A DNA stretch of 64,000 nucleotides from Paraphysomonas bandaiensis. Its lineage: Eukaryota; Protista; Chrysophyceae. The stretch's first letter is position 1; each line of letters starts with the position of its first letter. A model generated the notes under the pieces. That model was not told the DNA's origin. It saw nothing but the letters and a program-made list of their open reading frames with translations, and searched no databases. The stretch spans positions 1 to 64,000 of the forward strand of contig CBFFRP010000418.1 in assembly GCA_965644295.1 (NCBI GenBank). Reading direction: 5' to 3'. Of the stretch, positions 34,495-47,599 are shown piece by piece. The translations under genes were made by a program, and so were the position numbers.

Positions 34495-34624
34495 CAGGTG
34501 GTTGTGCGTATCGATTTTATTAATTTGTTCATTGTATATTTCACTAAAAAGTCATCGTTTTTTCAGTGAAAAGTGAAAAAAGTGACTTTTTAACGAAAAA
34601 ACGATGACTTTTCAACGAAATAAT
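34495..34624. mobile_element. Foldback MITE family 1, copy 3 (internal loop in opposite orientation)
   Basis: Same leader and arms. The loop cagtgaaaagtgaaaaaagtgactttttaacg is the reverse complement of the copy 1/2 loop. Confidence 0.78.
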
Positions 34625-34629
34625 TCATC

Positions 34630-35863
34630 TCAGGCAGCATATAAAGGAAAAAAAACTTCCGCGCAAACTGGCGCAAGCAGATGGTGGACCATCAAAGGAC
34701 AAAGTGAGCTCCCACCTGCGCCAAAGTGTACTAAATGCAGCACTGACATGGGACAAATCATTCAGCATAGGAAGAAACCGGGCGAAAACCAAACACGGAC
34801 TCGACATGGCTAAAGCCGTATGCTCTGACTGCGGATTTAGACTAGACTCACTCAAGCATATGTGTCTAGACTGCACAAACGACACCATAACGCAGATAAG
34901 GGAGTCTGCATTTCACAGCCACAAAAACGCGCTCCTAGAAGAAATGAGGAATCCGGAATTACCCCAATGGACCACCACTGTACTCCAGCGAATCTCCAGC
35001 AGGGCCTGAACCCTTCCGTGCCACAGGTGGAGAGATTCTGGACGGGTACCATCACAATGACACAGCTTGAAATGGTTTTTGGAGATCACATCCATGAATC
35101 ACTGTCATCCCAAGGACTGCGCAGCATCGAATCCGCGATCATCAAATTACTGCTACCGCTGTTCGCTGCAGCAAAGCTCATGATCCAAGATCGCGGAAGA
35201 AGATACGTGACCCTACGGAAAGGCCCCCCAAGGCTACTACCGCGGCCGAGTCCAAACCACAGACAGAAACGGAAACGCCCAAGGGTGCTAAGATTACTAG
35301 GAATCCACAGACGAACCGAGACTGGAACACCGCCCACCGTACCTCTGAACCCTACCAACCATACACAGAGGACCATAGCAACGGACCGTATGAAACCAAC
35401 AGGCCCTAGACAAAGGCGACGACGTCTCCGGCAACTCCACCTATGCCCAACGCCCAAACGGTGCATGGCGACACCGCCACATTCCACCACACCATCAACC
35501 TCTCAGTCCACACATCTAGTGCTCGGTACACTCAGGACCTTAATACAGAACCCGGTACCTCAGAGTCAGGCGGAACCGTATCCCAAGGGGAGACCCCCGG
35601 ACAACACGCGCCAGTGAGTCCTCAGACACACGAGCAGGGCGAATTCACACACAAACATCAAGAACGGAAGTGGTTGCACCTTGGTGCTTGCGGCGACGCA
35701 CAAGCAGCTTCTGTAGCGTTAAATAGTAGGATAATAGAATTTGCGCTGATTAGTTATGGGTAGAGGTCTAACTAGTAGACTAGTATTCAACTAGCCGCTA
35801 TATCGGAACGGGTTTTTAACGCCTATTGCTAAATAAAAAGACATTCAATATAAGGAAAAAAAA
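34630..35863 (+). mobile_element. 5'-truncated non-LTR retrotransposon (LINE) 3' end, frameshifted
   Basis: LINE-type C-terminal zinc knuckle CSDCGFRLDSLKHMCLDC, RFWTG and a Pro/Arg-rich tail with GRPPD. AATAAA at 35832 and an A8 tail at 35856-35863. Confidence 0.7.
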
Positions 35864-36301
35864 CGGAATTTCACATCGTACCTTTCGCGTTTTTCTTGCT
35901 AAAACTTCATTGTTACCCAGAATCAAAAAAAGTCATGAAAACTCTCAAAAATGTAAAAACTATTGAATGATGATGCCTGGATGTTGTGTGGAGTAACAGG
36001 CAGATTTAAGCCATGTGTAGAGCAAGAAGAGGCAGAAGACATCTTTGAACATGCTATATATGTTATTATACTTTAACTATCTATGGGATACTATTATCGC
36101 CCATATTTGGGATTTACCTCTCTGCCCATTACCTCTCAAGTTTTAGCAGCACCTCTTTTGGGGTAATTACAGTAACACATATGTGTTTATAGAGGTGCAC
36201 CGCACAGTATATACAGTGGTACGGTATAAAGTACAGTATAAAATCAAAGGTTTTCACAGTATTTTCACAACTATTGATGTACACACTGCTGTGCATACAA
36301 T

Positions 36302-37722
36302 GGGTGACTTCCAAAACCTCAAAATACGTCAAAAAACACAATTTGTGACGAATTTTGCGACGCACTTTGTGACGCGGTTTGTGTCGACATAAATTCAGTG
36401 TTCGGCGATAATATATTTAAATTATATACACTTGAAAGCAATATTTATATATGACGAAGTACAAGTATTTGATGCGAGGAAACGTCGAAAGAAGAGACTA
36501 CTGCTAACTCTTCTTCGAATACGAATGACTCTACGGGAGAGGAACTACTTAAAGAAACATGCTCTTCGACCGATACAAAAATCTTCTTGGCGTAGACTAT
36601 ATGAACATGGAGACGACAAAGATTTTGTAAACATAACATCACTTACTCGAAGTTCTTTTAGCAAATTGCTGCTTGAGTTTGAAAAGTTGAAGTGATTGCT
36701 AATAATCGCGGTAGAGGTGGACGACCCAGCACATTACCGTATAGTCAAGATCGTTTGGGACTGGTGCTGGTCTTTTATACTGATTCAATGTCATATAAAT
36801 CTCTGTGTTTAATGTTCGGCATTGTTCCTTCCAGTCTATCTCGGCATCTCAGAAAGGCTGAGTACGCACTGCTTGCTACATTAAAGACATTGCGTGAAGC
36901 TGAATTTCGGTGGCCATCTTTTAAGATGCAATACGAATGGGGTTTAAAGGTTCAAGCTTTACATCCGGAAATATCTGGCAGGTGGGGCTTCATTGATGGC
37001 AAGAATTATAGGGTTCAGAAGCCTACCAGAGCTGATCTGCAAAATGCCATGTATAACGGTGGCTTAATGCTACTTTGATAACAGGATGTCTATGCTTCGA
37101 TGTCAGTGGGTGCATCTGTTGGGGCAAGCACAATTTTGTAGGATCCTGGAATGATGTAGAGATGTCGAGGCCCTTCCAAGAGAAAATCTGTAAAGATGAG
37201 TTCTGCTTAAAGGGTCATGGAGTTGTATCTGATTCGGCTTTTCTGGTAAGCAGCAAATATTTTGGTCGAATAATTACACTGGTTAAGGATGGAGACAATG
37301 AGAAGGCTCACCCTCTCGCTAGATCAACTCTATACCGTCTAAGCAATTCCATAACATCATTACGACAATCTTGTGAGTGGAGGATGGGAGATGTGGAGAA
37401 GGTTTACAGACGTCTACTTATGCCTCTACCATTCAATCAAGATATTCGTGGAATAAGACTTGCTACTATCGTGTTCGTAGTAGTGGTATAGTCAAACACC
37501 ACAAACAGACATTAGATTCAGACGTATCGGCATCCTTTGTGTATTTTTGTTCCAAGATGCCTCATATATTGAGATAATAATTATCTGTATTCTAGCCGTA
37601 GTTGTATTGCAGTTATATAAAGTATTTTTGCTTCAATTTATTCCCGAAAACTAAGATGCATACATGTGACGGACTTTGTGACACGTCAGAAAAAACTACA
37701 GAGGGGGTTTTGGAAGTCTTCC
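36302..37722 (+). mobile_element. PIF/Harbinger DNA transposon with frameshifted DDE transposase
   Basis: TIRs GGGTGACTTCCAAAACC / GGTTTTGGAAGTCTTCC (15/17). Transposase pieces WGFIDG, QNAMYNG, GSWND, VVSDSAF and RQSCEW lie in ORFs 36432-37491. Subterminal tttgtgacg repeats. Confidence 0.9.
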
Positions 37723-38021
37723 ATATGAAAACAACACAAAATCGAGTGTTTTTTGAGATATCCGAATATATATATCAGATATCCGAATATATATTGAATT
37801 GTGTTGAAAGTTGAAGACTTCCTTATGAAGTTATTCATATACGCTATGAAGAACATGCATACGGAGGATATGGTGTGTACATACACTCCACTAGATACGC
37901 AGATCTTCATATGTTAGGAAAGTGTTATTCACACAACATGTACATGTATATACACACACATATATATATACGAATAATACACCATACAGCTTCACTTCGA
38001 TTGCTATCGATCAATCAGTAG

Positions 38022-41000
38022 ATGCAGGAGAAGGGGGATGTCCAGCAGAGACTCAAGAGGGTCAGTGCATTGACAGGAAAGCTACAGAATAAGTTACACT
38101 TCGAGCATGAGGTAACACACACATAACAACCATACAGCATCCTGTAGCCACTGTGACTGACTATGAGACATCCTGTAGCCACTGTGACTCACTATGAGAC
38201 ATCCTGTAGCCACTGTGACTCACTATGAGACATCCTGTAGCCACTGTGACTCACTATGAGACATCCTGTAGCCACTGTGACTCACTATGAGACATCCTGT
38301 AGCCACTGTGACTCACTATGAGACATCCTGTAGCCACTGTGACTGACTATGAGACATCCTGTAGCCACTGTGACTGACTATGAGACATCCTGTAGCCACT
38401 ATGACTGACTGTGACACACCTTATAGACGCTGTGACTGCACATGGGATATAGTTATATATGATATGGTCATATGTGTATGATATAGTTATATGGTATTAT
38501 TTTTTATGGTGTGTAGAAGGTATATACATTATGAACTGTATGTGAATGAGTGGTATTGCTATTCATACTACCTTTTGTTTTATTGTGGCTGAAGTTGTCG
38601 TAATTTACTAGGTTAGCAGAGAGTTGGCCCGCAGGAACGAACAACTGCGCATGAAGCATGATGAAGAGAGGGAGCGTTACAACGTGGTGGCCTCGGCGTT
38701 TGAGGAGCTTTACAGCGAGTTCAAGGACCTTCTTGATAGTCAGGGTGGGTGAATAATACAGGCTCATACAAGTGTTTTAACAAGTTGTTTAGAAACTCTT
38801 TTGAATGGAAACATTCCTCTTCAGGTGTGTACCCATATTGTGCTGATCTATGGATGAAGCTTGCATGGCTTGGTTTACCAGCATTTATGAAGGGCTCAGC
38901 ACGGCACACTGAGCTGTTAGATGACTTTAACGGCAAGACTTCTTTCCTCCGCACTATCCGTAACCGTGCCGGAATAGAAAGAGGAGGGAGCCCAGGGGAT
39001 AACAGGCAGTATGATACAGGGTTTGGTCTAATGAGCGGATCTCTGCTTCGACGGAAAAACAATGCTGAGACCACCCTGTCAATGAACGGCGGAAGTGAGG
39101 AGAGTGGAAAGAGTACTTCCACCAGCGCTGGAAAGTCGGAAGATGTGGACTCCAGCACTAGTAGTGGTATTGCTGGCAAGCTATTGAGAGGTTTAAGCTC
39201 ACCTATGCCATTGGATACATCTGTAGCCACCAGTGCAACTGCTTCTAAATGCCCCCCTACAAGACGTTTATCGTTAGGTCCTTTTTCCTCTACCGTTTCT
39301 AGTGGGATGTCTACCCTAACCTCGGCAGCAGCAGATGTTTTGGTGCTTGAGGCCTCTTCCACCTCTCCAACAACCTCTTCTTCTTACGAAACTATTGCCC
39401 CTTGTACCAGCCCCATGGCTTCATTAGCTGGTGTACCGCTGTATGAGCACTTTTTGGTTATAGGGGTATCTGTTGAGGTAAACCACGTCCTATCGTAATA
39501 TATTCTGGTTTGTTTGTAAGAGTAGTACTGAAGTTGGAAAGCGGTGTCTAAATATGCGTTTCTGTCTGTGATGTTGTTTGTGAATCCAATAAAGTATGTC
39601 GTGTATGTACGAAATTATGCCGTGGTGTTGATGACTAGGGTGTTGTTGCGCAGACCGCTTTGGATGTATCTAACCAGCTGCGTCAAAAGAGTGCCACACT
39701 CTCTGACCGCCTTATGTCTCGAATCGAAACATTTTTTTCGTCTCGCAATAACTCTGCTGATATTGTTCCAGACGTTAAATCCAGAAGTGCAATTTCTTCC
39801 AACATATTTTCAAGAATGATGAGTTCCGAGAGCCAGGGTAGGGCATTAGTAGGGTGAAATATCTGTTTTCTACTAATGGTGTATTTAGACGTCCCACATC
39901 CCGATAAAGGAAAATCTATGTGGGGCACAGGGCTTTTATCACGCATGACCAGCAGAGAAGTATCTTCTCGCGATTGTCATGAGGTATATTGCAAAAAAAA
40001 TACACTGTCAACTAGTTGGTGCATGACTTACGAATTCACATACATAGGCACTAGATATTCCTCATACTGACGATTCTCTGACACCACCCGCTGAGTGCCC
40101 GGCGTTGCATGCAAATGGCGATAAGCGGCAATCGACTACATGTGACCTCGAAAATATGAGATGTGTTTGTGCACCATCTGTGGGTAGTGGGTCCAAGAAT
40201 GAACACTGTACATATACTTCTCCAGAGATACTCTACAGACATCCCCCTGATGCTGACACCCCTCCCCCTGAGGTGTGTGACTTCTGTATGCCTTCAGGAG
40301 GGAAGTTGCGACACCTGCAACCATCAGATGCTGAGACCAGTATTATGGAGATATTGTATGGACAAGGACAGAGTCAGAGGTCATCTAGGTATAACAGTAG
40401 TGTTGTATCTCCCTGGTGCACGACAAAGAAATCAATGTATTTACGTTGCAGGTGCTTTATTTTTATCCTGGAGGACAAAACTGTAGATATTTCAAAAGTA
40501 CACCCCGATGATGAGAGTGGGAAGGACACAGGACGGACTTATGGCATATGTGTAGTACACCCTCGGTAAGACTTAATTCAAATTACAGTGATTATTGTTG
40601 AACTTCAGTTTAATATTGTGCACTGTGTGCTGCTTTTTGTGGAGTAAATCATGCTATGTACAGTACTGATGATGTCGCATGCACACAAGGTGCTTTTTGA
40701 CGCGACACACTTGTAGGCTGCTCAACCCAAGCATAGCTGATAAGGACCTCCGAAAAAGTAATTTATCTGGAGATATTAACAGACCTGAAGAGGACTCCCG
40801 GCATATCATAGAGTTTGATGCTTCTGTGTGTTATTGCTTTATCACCCGGTTTCCTTTATTCGAATTCTTCTTCAAAGTACGATTTATTTGTTTTTCTGAT
40901 CATAGTTTTATATGTGTCAATGTTCACTTCGTATATAAACCATGGTTTGGAAATGTTATTACTGACGGGAAATTTCATTGCGTTGATGCGATTTTAGATT

Positions 41001-43046
41001 GTGCTATCTTATAATAAATTGGCTAACAGGTAATATTCAACATTATCTCCTATGAACGAATAGTTCGCATGGAAAAAATTACGGAAAACACGGACCTGAT
41101 CGACCGGACTGCCTATGAATATATCCCTAAAGGGGTATATGATACTGTGCTGCAGAAGCTATCTGCACTGGTGCCTCCTCGGTATGATAAGGCTATAGAG
41201 TTTACGGTGTGGTCTGATGTTATGACATATTCCAAGTGTTCTTGCATTTGACGTATCTGCAGATATCTCCAACAGTATCGACTGTGACGTATATTCGGAC
41301 TGCCCCTTCAGGAGACTACCCTGAGCATGTTGTTAACGCAGCAGAGTGGGCATTGCCCCCACTTGTGCACTGGCTGAGTCCTAAAATTATAGCATGGGCC
41401 CTTGGTCTGCTTATGTGTGAGGTATATCGTTGGGTTATATAAGCTATGTGTTGCCGCGCCGGGTTACGAAACTTCTTAGGTTAAACTCGTGATAATTGGA
41501 GCAGATCCTGCCACTGTTTCCTGTGCAGTCATTGGACTTACTTCTCTCTTGAGGCCTCTCCAGTGGGTGTCTCCCATGATTCCCATTATGCCTTTGAAAA
41601 ATATAGACTTCTTACAGGCTCCTGTACCTATAATTGCAGGTGATGCGAGTTGACCTGCTGCTTTATTTCTTACCGAAATAATGTATGAACAGGAATGGTA
41701 GTAGATGGTGACTCAGTGGCACCGCAGTGTCTAAATAGCAATGCCATCACCCCCCTTAGTATTCTGAATTTCTGTGAGGATGGGGAGAGTGTTACTGCTG
41801 TTCTGGATCTGTCGGTAAGAGACATATACATTCTCAAAGAGCACTTAAAGGTATAAATGGTTGCTTCATCAACAGCTGGATGCAAGTTTACATGCTTTAT
41901 TTTCATTTTGTGTAGGCACTTCCCGAAATGATGTTCCCTGGAGCTGAGGATGTCGTACAGAGTGTTCAGGACATACTTTCAAGACAGCAGCTTCCTCGCT
42001 CGAGTAGCAGCTTTGATAACAATGAGTCTGCGGGTACTGTGCGACGAGATAAAAAGCCGAACTTTACTATCAATTCCCACCATGTACGAGTGAGTAGAGA
42101 GGTAACGGAATGTGTGGGCAGATGTATAAAGGAAGTGGCAGACAAGGCAAAGGCGGTTGCAGCCGAGGTCCTTCGGGAGCAAATGGTGGTGGTAGAAAAG
42201 AGAGTTAAAGCTAGTCTTCAACGGATTGATAGCAGAATGAAAACCGAATGCGGTACTCCTAAGATCGGTGCGAAGGATTTCTTGTTGAATAGTACACTTC
42301 TAATTGTGTTTAGCAGCCTTGGATGCATTGCCTGTGGTACTAGAAAGCATTTACGAAGAATGTAATGCTGATTTACATACCAACGCTGCCGAATCGGATG
42401 ATCAACTTGCTGCAAACAACGACCTTTGTGTTCATAGTGATGATGCGGGCGGCAGCCGTCGGTCCTTGTCTTTGCGTCGTTTATCATCTAGCTCTGTTCG
42501 TAGTGGAGATTTGCGCGAGGAACCTTCGCTGTCATGCAACATGTGTTCGGAAACTATGCCATCCGAAGGAAGACCCGATTGCAATGCTTTTGGGGGCGGA
42601 TTCGAAATCCCTATCGTATCGCTAAATAATTACAACATTATCACTGGGGATAATCATACACACTTCTTCAGACGATTTGTGTCAACACAAGTGAGATTTT
42701 TATTGTATCTACGTTTTGCAAGTATCACGTGTACTCTACGTGACAGATGTACTCTGCCTACGACCAGGAGATCATGGGCATCATGCAGGACTTAGAGGAG
42801 GTGGTAGGTAAAGATCAAGATGACTACATTCCTAGGCCACAGTCAGTTTTTCGCACCAGTCTTGGTTCTCTCTCGAATCCCACAAATATCACTCAAGTTC
42901 CTGCTGGCAAAAAGAAAACTCGGTCCCGCTCCCTGTATTATACACCTGCGGACCACGCGTATCCCTCTCGAGATTCTCAGACTCGTAAACGGAGCTCGTC
43001 GTCAATGCCATCCACGATTGAATCAGTTATCACTGAACCTAGGTAG
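38022..43046 (+). CDS. DENN-domain protein (putative Rab GEF) with N-terminal coiled coil, multi-exon
   Basis: LYEHFLVIG, ILYRHPP..DFCMPSG, TYGICV, CYCFITRFPLFEFF, LLRPLQWVSPMIPIMP..FLQAPVPIIAG, FFRRFVSTQMY. First exon MQEKGD..HE|gt at 38022-38111. Exact ends are approximate. Confidence 0.88.
38138..38416. repeat. 31-bp minisatellite x9 in DENN intron 1
   Basis: catcctgtagccactgtgact(c/g)actatgaga head-to-tail, no spacers. Confidence 0.97.
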
Positions 43047-43518
43047 GTCGGCGGAGATAACAGCATCGCCTTCTACAGAGCGTATCTGCTGCTTCTATGT
43101 TTTGATTTTTTTCCGTGTACCTTTCTTTTTACGTCGATGCTTTAGTGTGGTAGTACTAATTTGAGGATAATATAATTTATAGATGATATTATTTCATTGA
43201 TATGGAATATACACTGCTAATATGTATGGGATTTAGTGTTATATATGTTATATTTATTCGCCTTTTCAAAATGTCATTTTGGTTCGTTGTGCTTAAAATT
43301 TGCCAAAATTAGGATATTATTAAATTACTATAGTTCATATAGGATAAGCACCATATTAGGCATTCCGAGGGTGAGATGTTACAGCTTAGCTAGCATTAAA
43401 AACGTGATTTGAACTCTGGATAAAAGTTTAAAACTTTTACTTATTTTCAACAAACAGCATCAATATATAATAAATTGTATTAGTATGTCCTATAATATAG
43501 CGACGACTAAAACAACAA

Positions 43519-45589
43519 CTAGTACGTCAAAATAACTGCTAAAGAGAAGGATATAAGTAATCCTAATGCTGAGAAAGATACTTTAGTTCTAAAAGACCCA
43601 CTATCTATAAGGGGAAGCGAGCCAGGAGGTAATTCATGTATATCTATGGTTTGAGGCAGCAATGGTAGACCACGAGAGTTGTAAACAGTCATCAACGGGT
43701 AATCCGCATGCCCATACTGCAATTGTACAAGCTTCCCGTGAACATGATATTGCGGTATAAAATCAACCGTGGTATTAGACGAAACGACCGCTGTTGCCGG
43801 GACCCTTGTGATATGACCATGGTGAAAAAATAGGAGGCTTGCGCCTTCACATACTTCTTCGCCATAAGCACCGCTATCGCTGTAGAAATAGGCATCATCT
43901 GGGTAGTAAATTCCGTCATCATAGTTATCATCATTGATATCTGCGTTAGATGGGCAGGCTTGGTGAGGCCTTAACTCAAGACCTGACCCGACAGTGCTTT
44001 CTGTCATGGTAACGCGAACAATGGACCCAACAACTTCGTTGCGTACTACTTCGGCACTCTCAACCTTTGGACCTTCATGGGTGCCATCCTCGTCATAAAT
44101 GAGACCCGCAGCAGCTATTGCCAGACGGCGCCCTACTTCGGTTTTGTTCCGTGGGTGAATGTCTCCATATGGGGATGAGGGATCACCCAGATCCGCTGCA
44201 GTGGCCATACTCGTCATATCTGTAGCAGTTGATAACGTGGCTTGCATATCCCTAAACCGTGCCAATTTACCCTCTCCATCATTATTCCAAGGCGCCAGCT
44301 GAGTGTACAGAAATGGGATTGTAGTGTTGAATAGATTGCGCCAGGAATGTATCATTCTGGTCTGAAAACAGTAGTATCTGTCAGGGAAGGGAACATTGGC
44401 TTCACCTTGATACCATAAAATTCCTCGAAATGCCATGTAGCGGAGAGGATGTATCATATTGTTGTAGAGTACTGAGGCTTTACTAGTGTCTATATCATAC
44501 ACTCCGTTATTCACAGTCTTACCCCGAAGCCGTCTTCGAGAATTACACTCATCATTGACTTCATCTGGACTCCATGCTTCTATAGGAGTACCTGGCCAAC
44601 TCACACTAACTAATCCCACAGGAATACTTCTATTAAGTGTAGTTGTATAGAGATATCTCCCATATGTCCAGCATACAGCTGAGAAGGGTCGTATAACATC
44701 ATAATTACTCTCATACCAACCATACGACACTGCACTGACATCATCTTTCGGGACCATTGCCTCACCCTCTGACATAGATGTGTTGAAACCGACCGTAAAG
44801 ACACGAATGAAGTGTGAATCATGTAGCTCATCTTGCCATGTATGGTCATGTATAGCGCCCATACCTAGCTGCATATTACTCTGACCTGAACACATGAATA
44901 CATCCCCAAATACGATGTTATCTATATAAGCAGACTCTCCTGTCGTGGATTGAATGTCAATAGTGTGGAGTCGAGGTCCTCCTGTGTGTGGTGGTAGATG
45001 GAGGGACCATCTATAGGGACTAGACGAGGGGTTGGAGGAGTGTGTTGATGACTGAGTTGTGTATGTTTCATTAGAAGTTGAATTACAAGTGACCCTTAAA
45101 GATATGGTAGTGTTTGGATGTGAAGTGTAGCCGTATATAGGAAGTTCTGTATCTCGTTGTAGGACCCTGTGTATGGATAGGTATGTATAAGGAGATGGGG
45201 AAGTACAGTGGGAGGTAGTAGGCATATACTGCTGTATATATGCTATTACTATTAATACACATACATATACTCATACACACATACCCATATATAAATTCAC
45301 ATACGCAGATACATACATAGGCATGTACATACCCATATATATGCACATATGTATAATCCATATACTATATACGCACATACACTCCTATACATATATATAA
45401 TTCACATACGCTTATGTATATATACACACGCATGTGCATATTCACATACGCATGTACATGTACATATACTTATCGCAATAACACTTACATGTTGCTGCTC
45501 AGGGTCCGAGATAGAAACTGATACTCAAGCCCCTGACTAACAGTCAGGAGGCCGATCAATAAGCAAATGCATCTCCTTATTACTTTCAT
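43519..45589 (-). CDS. SIAE: Sialate O-acetylesterase-like (SASA/SGNH) protein, secreted with C-terminal membrane/GPI anchor
   Basis: Exons 45589-45489 and 45166-43519 give signal peptide + SNM|VLQRD. Motifs FGDVFMCSGQSNM, WYQGEAN and DIHPRNK. Hydrophobic C-terminus. Confidence 0.88.
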
Positions 45590-46140
45590 AACAATACACA
45601 CATATAGTACACTAATAGCATACTACATATCACACATATATATTCATAGCGTAGGCCTATAGGCCTCATAGTATCAGTACTGTGTGCTAATTGCTACATA
45701 CGTGAACATCGCTGTATGTTACTTGGAAACACCTGTTCAGACAATGGTGTCCAATCAATTTAATTTACATTGATTTGATTTGTAGAGAATCGAAGGAGAA
45801 GATGTCTGACTTCCTTTTTTGAAAGAAATTTACGTAAAAATAGAAGTTCTATCGAAAGCCCTATCAGATGGTAATATAACGATATGATTCGCTATGAACT
45901 AACAGTACATCAACGTTTAAGAGTTCTTTTAAACTCTCTATATCCAATCAATACAAAATAACGTGATTTCATTTGTAGCTATCATTGAAAGTTCTTTTTC
46001 ACATTCATACGTCAAAATATCGTATAATCCACATACATACATCTCTCATACATACATATGTACACATATCTTCATACATTACTCTCATAATTCCAGCCTA
46101 TCATAAACACCATACATATACCAGTCATATCATCCATAAT

Positions 46141-47232
46141 ATGCTTATGTTCTGTACATTTCTATCTATTGAAGATGTTGAGCGTAGAGGGGAGTGTGTG
46201 ATATGTTACAATGATAATGTACGTGTTGGATGGTGCAGATGTTCGACTGTATTCGGCAATGAACTTGATCGTGATATACATACATATAAACCCACAGATA
46301 CATACACAGATACATCAACTGATAGAGGCATATGTCACTCATGTCTCTTAACTTACTTCAAGACAGAAATAACCGCTGCAAGGATCTCATCGGATGGATC
46401 CATAAGATGTATATGTTCAGATAGTAACTGTGATGCTCGCTTCTCTCAGACTCAAATCATAGCATCCCTTCAAGATTCAAATGAATTATTAGAAAAATAT
46501 TATACGTTTTGGGTTAATTCTCAGATGTTAAGTGATCCAGAGACGATATGGTGTCCTAATCCTCGATGTGTCTCCGTTGCCACGCGTTTGTCTCGTCATC
46601 GAGCATATTGTGGTGTGTGTAAATTTCATTTTTGTGCGAAATGTGGAGGCGATCATCCACGTGCAACGAGTTGCTCTCGAGCAGAAGAGGCTGGGTTTAG
46701 GGAGTGGAAACGTGCAACCAAACAGGGATGCAAACGATGTCCATGCTGTCGCCTTTTCATAGAGAAAGATGGGGGATGTAGACAAATGATTTGTTCGTTC
46801 TGCGGTCATCAATTTTGCTGGCGCTGCAAGAGGAACTATGATTTGTGTGATGGGGGTAGTAGCTGCCGCGCATTGGGCTTATGGAAACATAGAGCATGGG
46901 GAGATTCCACCCTGGAGCGTGGTACGAAGAAAGCCTTATGTGCACCAGTGGCCTTAGCAACTGCTGGTATTGCAGCTGGTGTGATGTGTGCAGCTGCTGG
47001 TGTGTTAGCACTCTCCGCGCCGTTGGCAATTACGTACCACCATCGTAATGTACAACGCATTAAAAAAAAGTACACCTCAGGACAAACATTGGCATCTGTG
47101 AATGAAAGAAATCCAACTCTGGAAGAAAACAGTATTGAAGACTATGACATATATGACAGCGGCGATGATATCGTAAGCATTACAAGAAACCCTGAGGTAG
47201 ATAACAACCGATCACAGGTGACCTCTATGTAA
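46141..47232 (+). CDS. RBR (RING1-IBR-RING2) E3 ubiquitin ligase with C-terminal TM segment, RNF144/RNF19-like
   Basis: CVIC..CHSC, WCPNPRC..CGVC..FCAKC..H, CPCC..IEKDGGCRQMIC..CGHQFCWRC, then an Ala/Gly-rich hydrophobic helix. Start codon uncertain. Confidence 0.9.
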   Translation: MLMFCTFLSIEDVERRGECVICYNDNVRVGWCRCSTVFGNELDRDIHTYKPTDTYTDTSTDRGICHSCLLTYFKTEITAARISSDGSIRCICSDSNCDARFSQTQIIASLQDSNELLEKYYTFWVNSQMLSDPETIWCPNPRCVSVATRLSRHRAYCGVCKFHFCAKCGGDHPRATSCSRAEEAGFREWKRATKQGCKRCPCCRLFIEKDGGCRQMICSFCGHQFCWRCKRNYDLCDGGSSCRALGLWKHRAWGDSTLERGTKKALCAPVALATAGIAAGVMCAAAGVLALSAPLAITYHHRNVQRIKKKYTSGQTLASVNERNPTLEENSIEDYDIYDSGDDIVSITRNPEVDNNRSQVTSM

Positions 47233-47599
47233 AGTAGAGTGTTGCTGCATGTATCATCACACAGCACACCCGATATTATATTTTTGCGTTATTATCTTTT
47301 CGATCACTGCTTCTTCCGAAGCAGTGTATTTATAACATGATGTAGTATTATTAATTTTACCATTATTTTTTATGATATGTAATTTAGTTTTTATTATTGA
47401 TTGTAAATAATTTTAAAATCGTTCTATTATCTAATCTGTGGAGAAAGCATATTCCATCTCAGCATCATGAATCATCAGCGTCATAATCAGGTACTGCTAA
47501 GGTTTGAGATTTCGTAGCACTACAGGTACATGCTATCTGTACGAGGTAGTTTATAGCGAATAAAAAGAACAAATTCTGCGTATGCTTTTCACTAGCTAG

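Noticed and set aside
34614-35877. Target-site duplication around the LINE (aacgaaataattcatc vs aacggaatttcacatc)
   Set aside because: Only 11/16 identity in AT-rich sequence.
38138-38416. 31-bp repeats as a CRISPR array
   Set aside because: Head-to-tail units with no unique spacers, inside a spliceosomal intron, and no cas genes.
45167-45488. ORFs in TA/CA-rich tracts (also 49767-50205 and 18280-18767)
   Set aside because: Low-complexity intronic or intergenic sequence.
46765-46800. RBR RING2 lacking the catalytic His (GGCRQM)
   Set aside because: Gln at this position also occurs in RNF144-type ligases, so it is not unusual.
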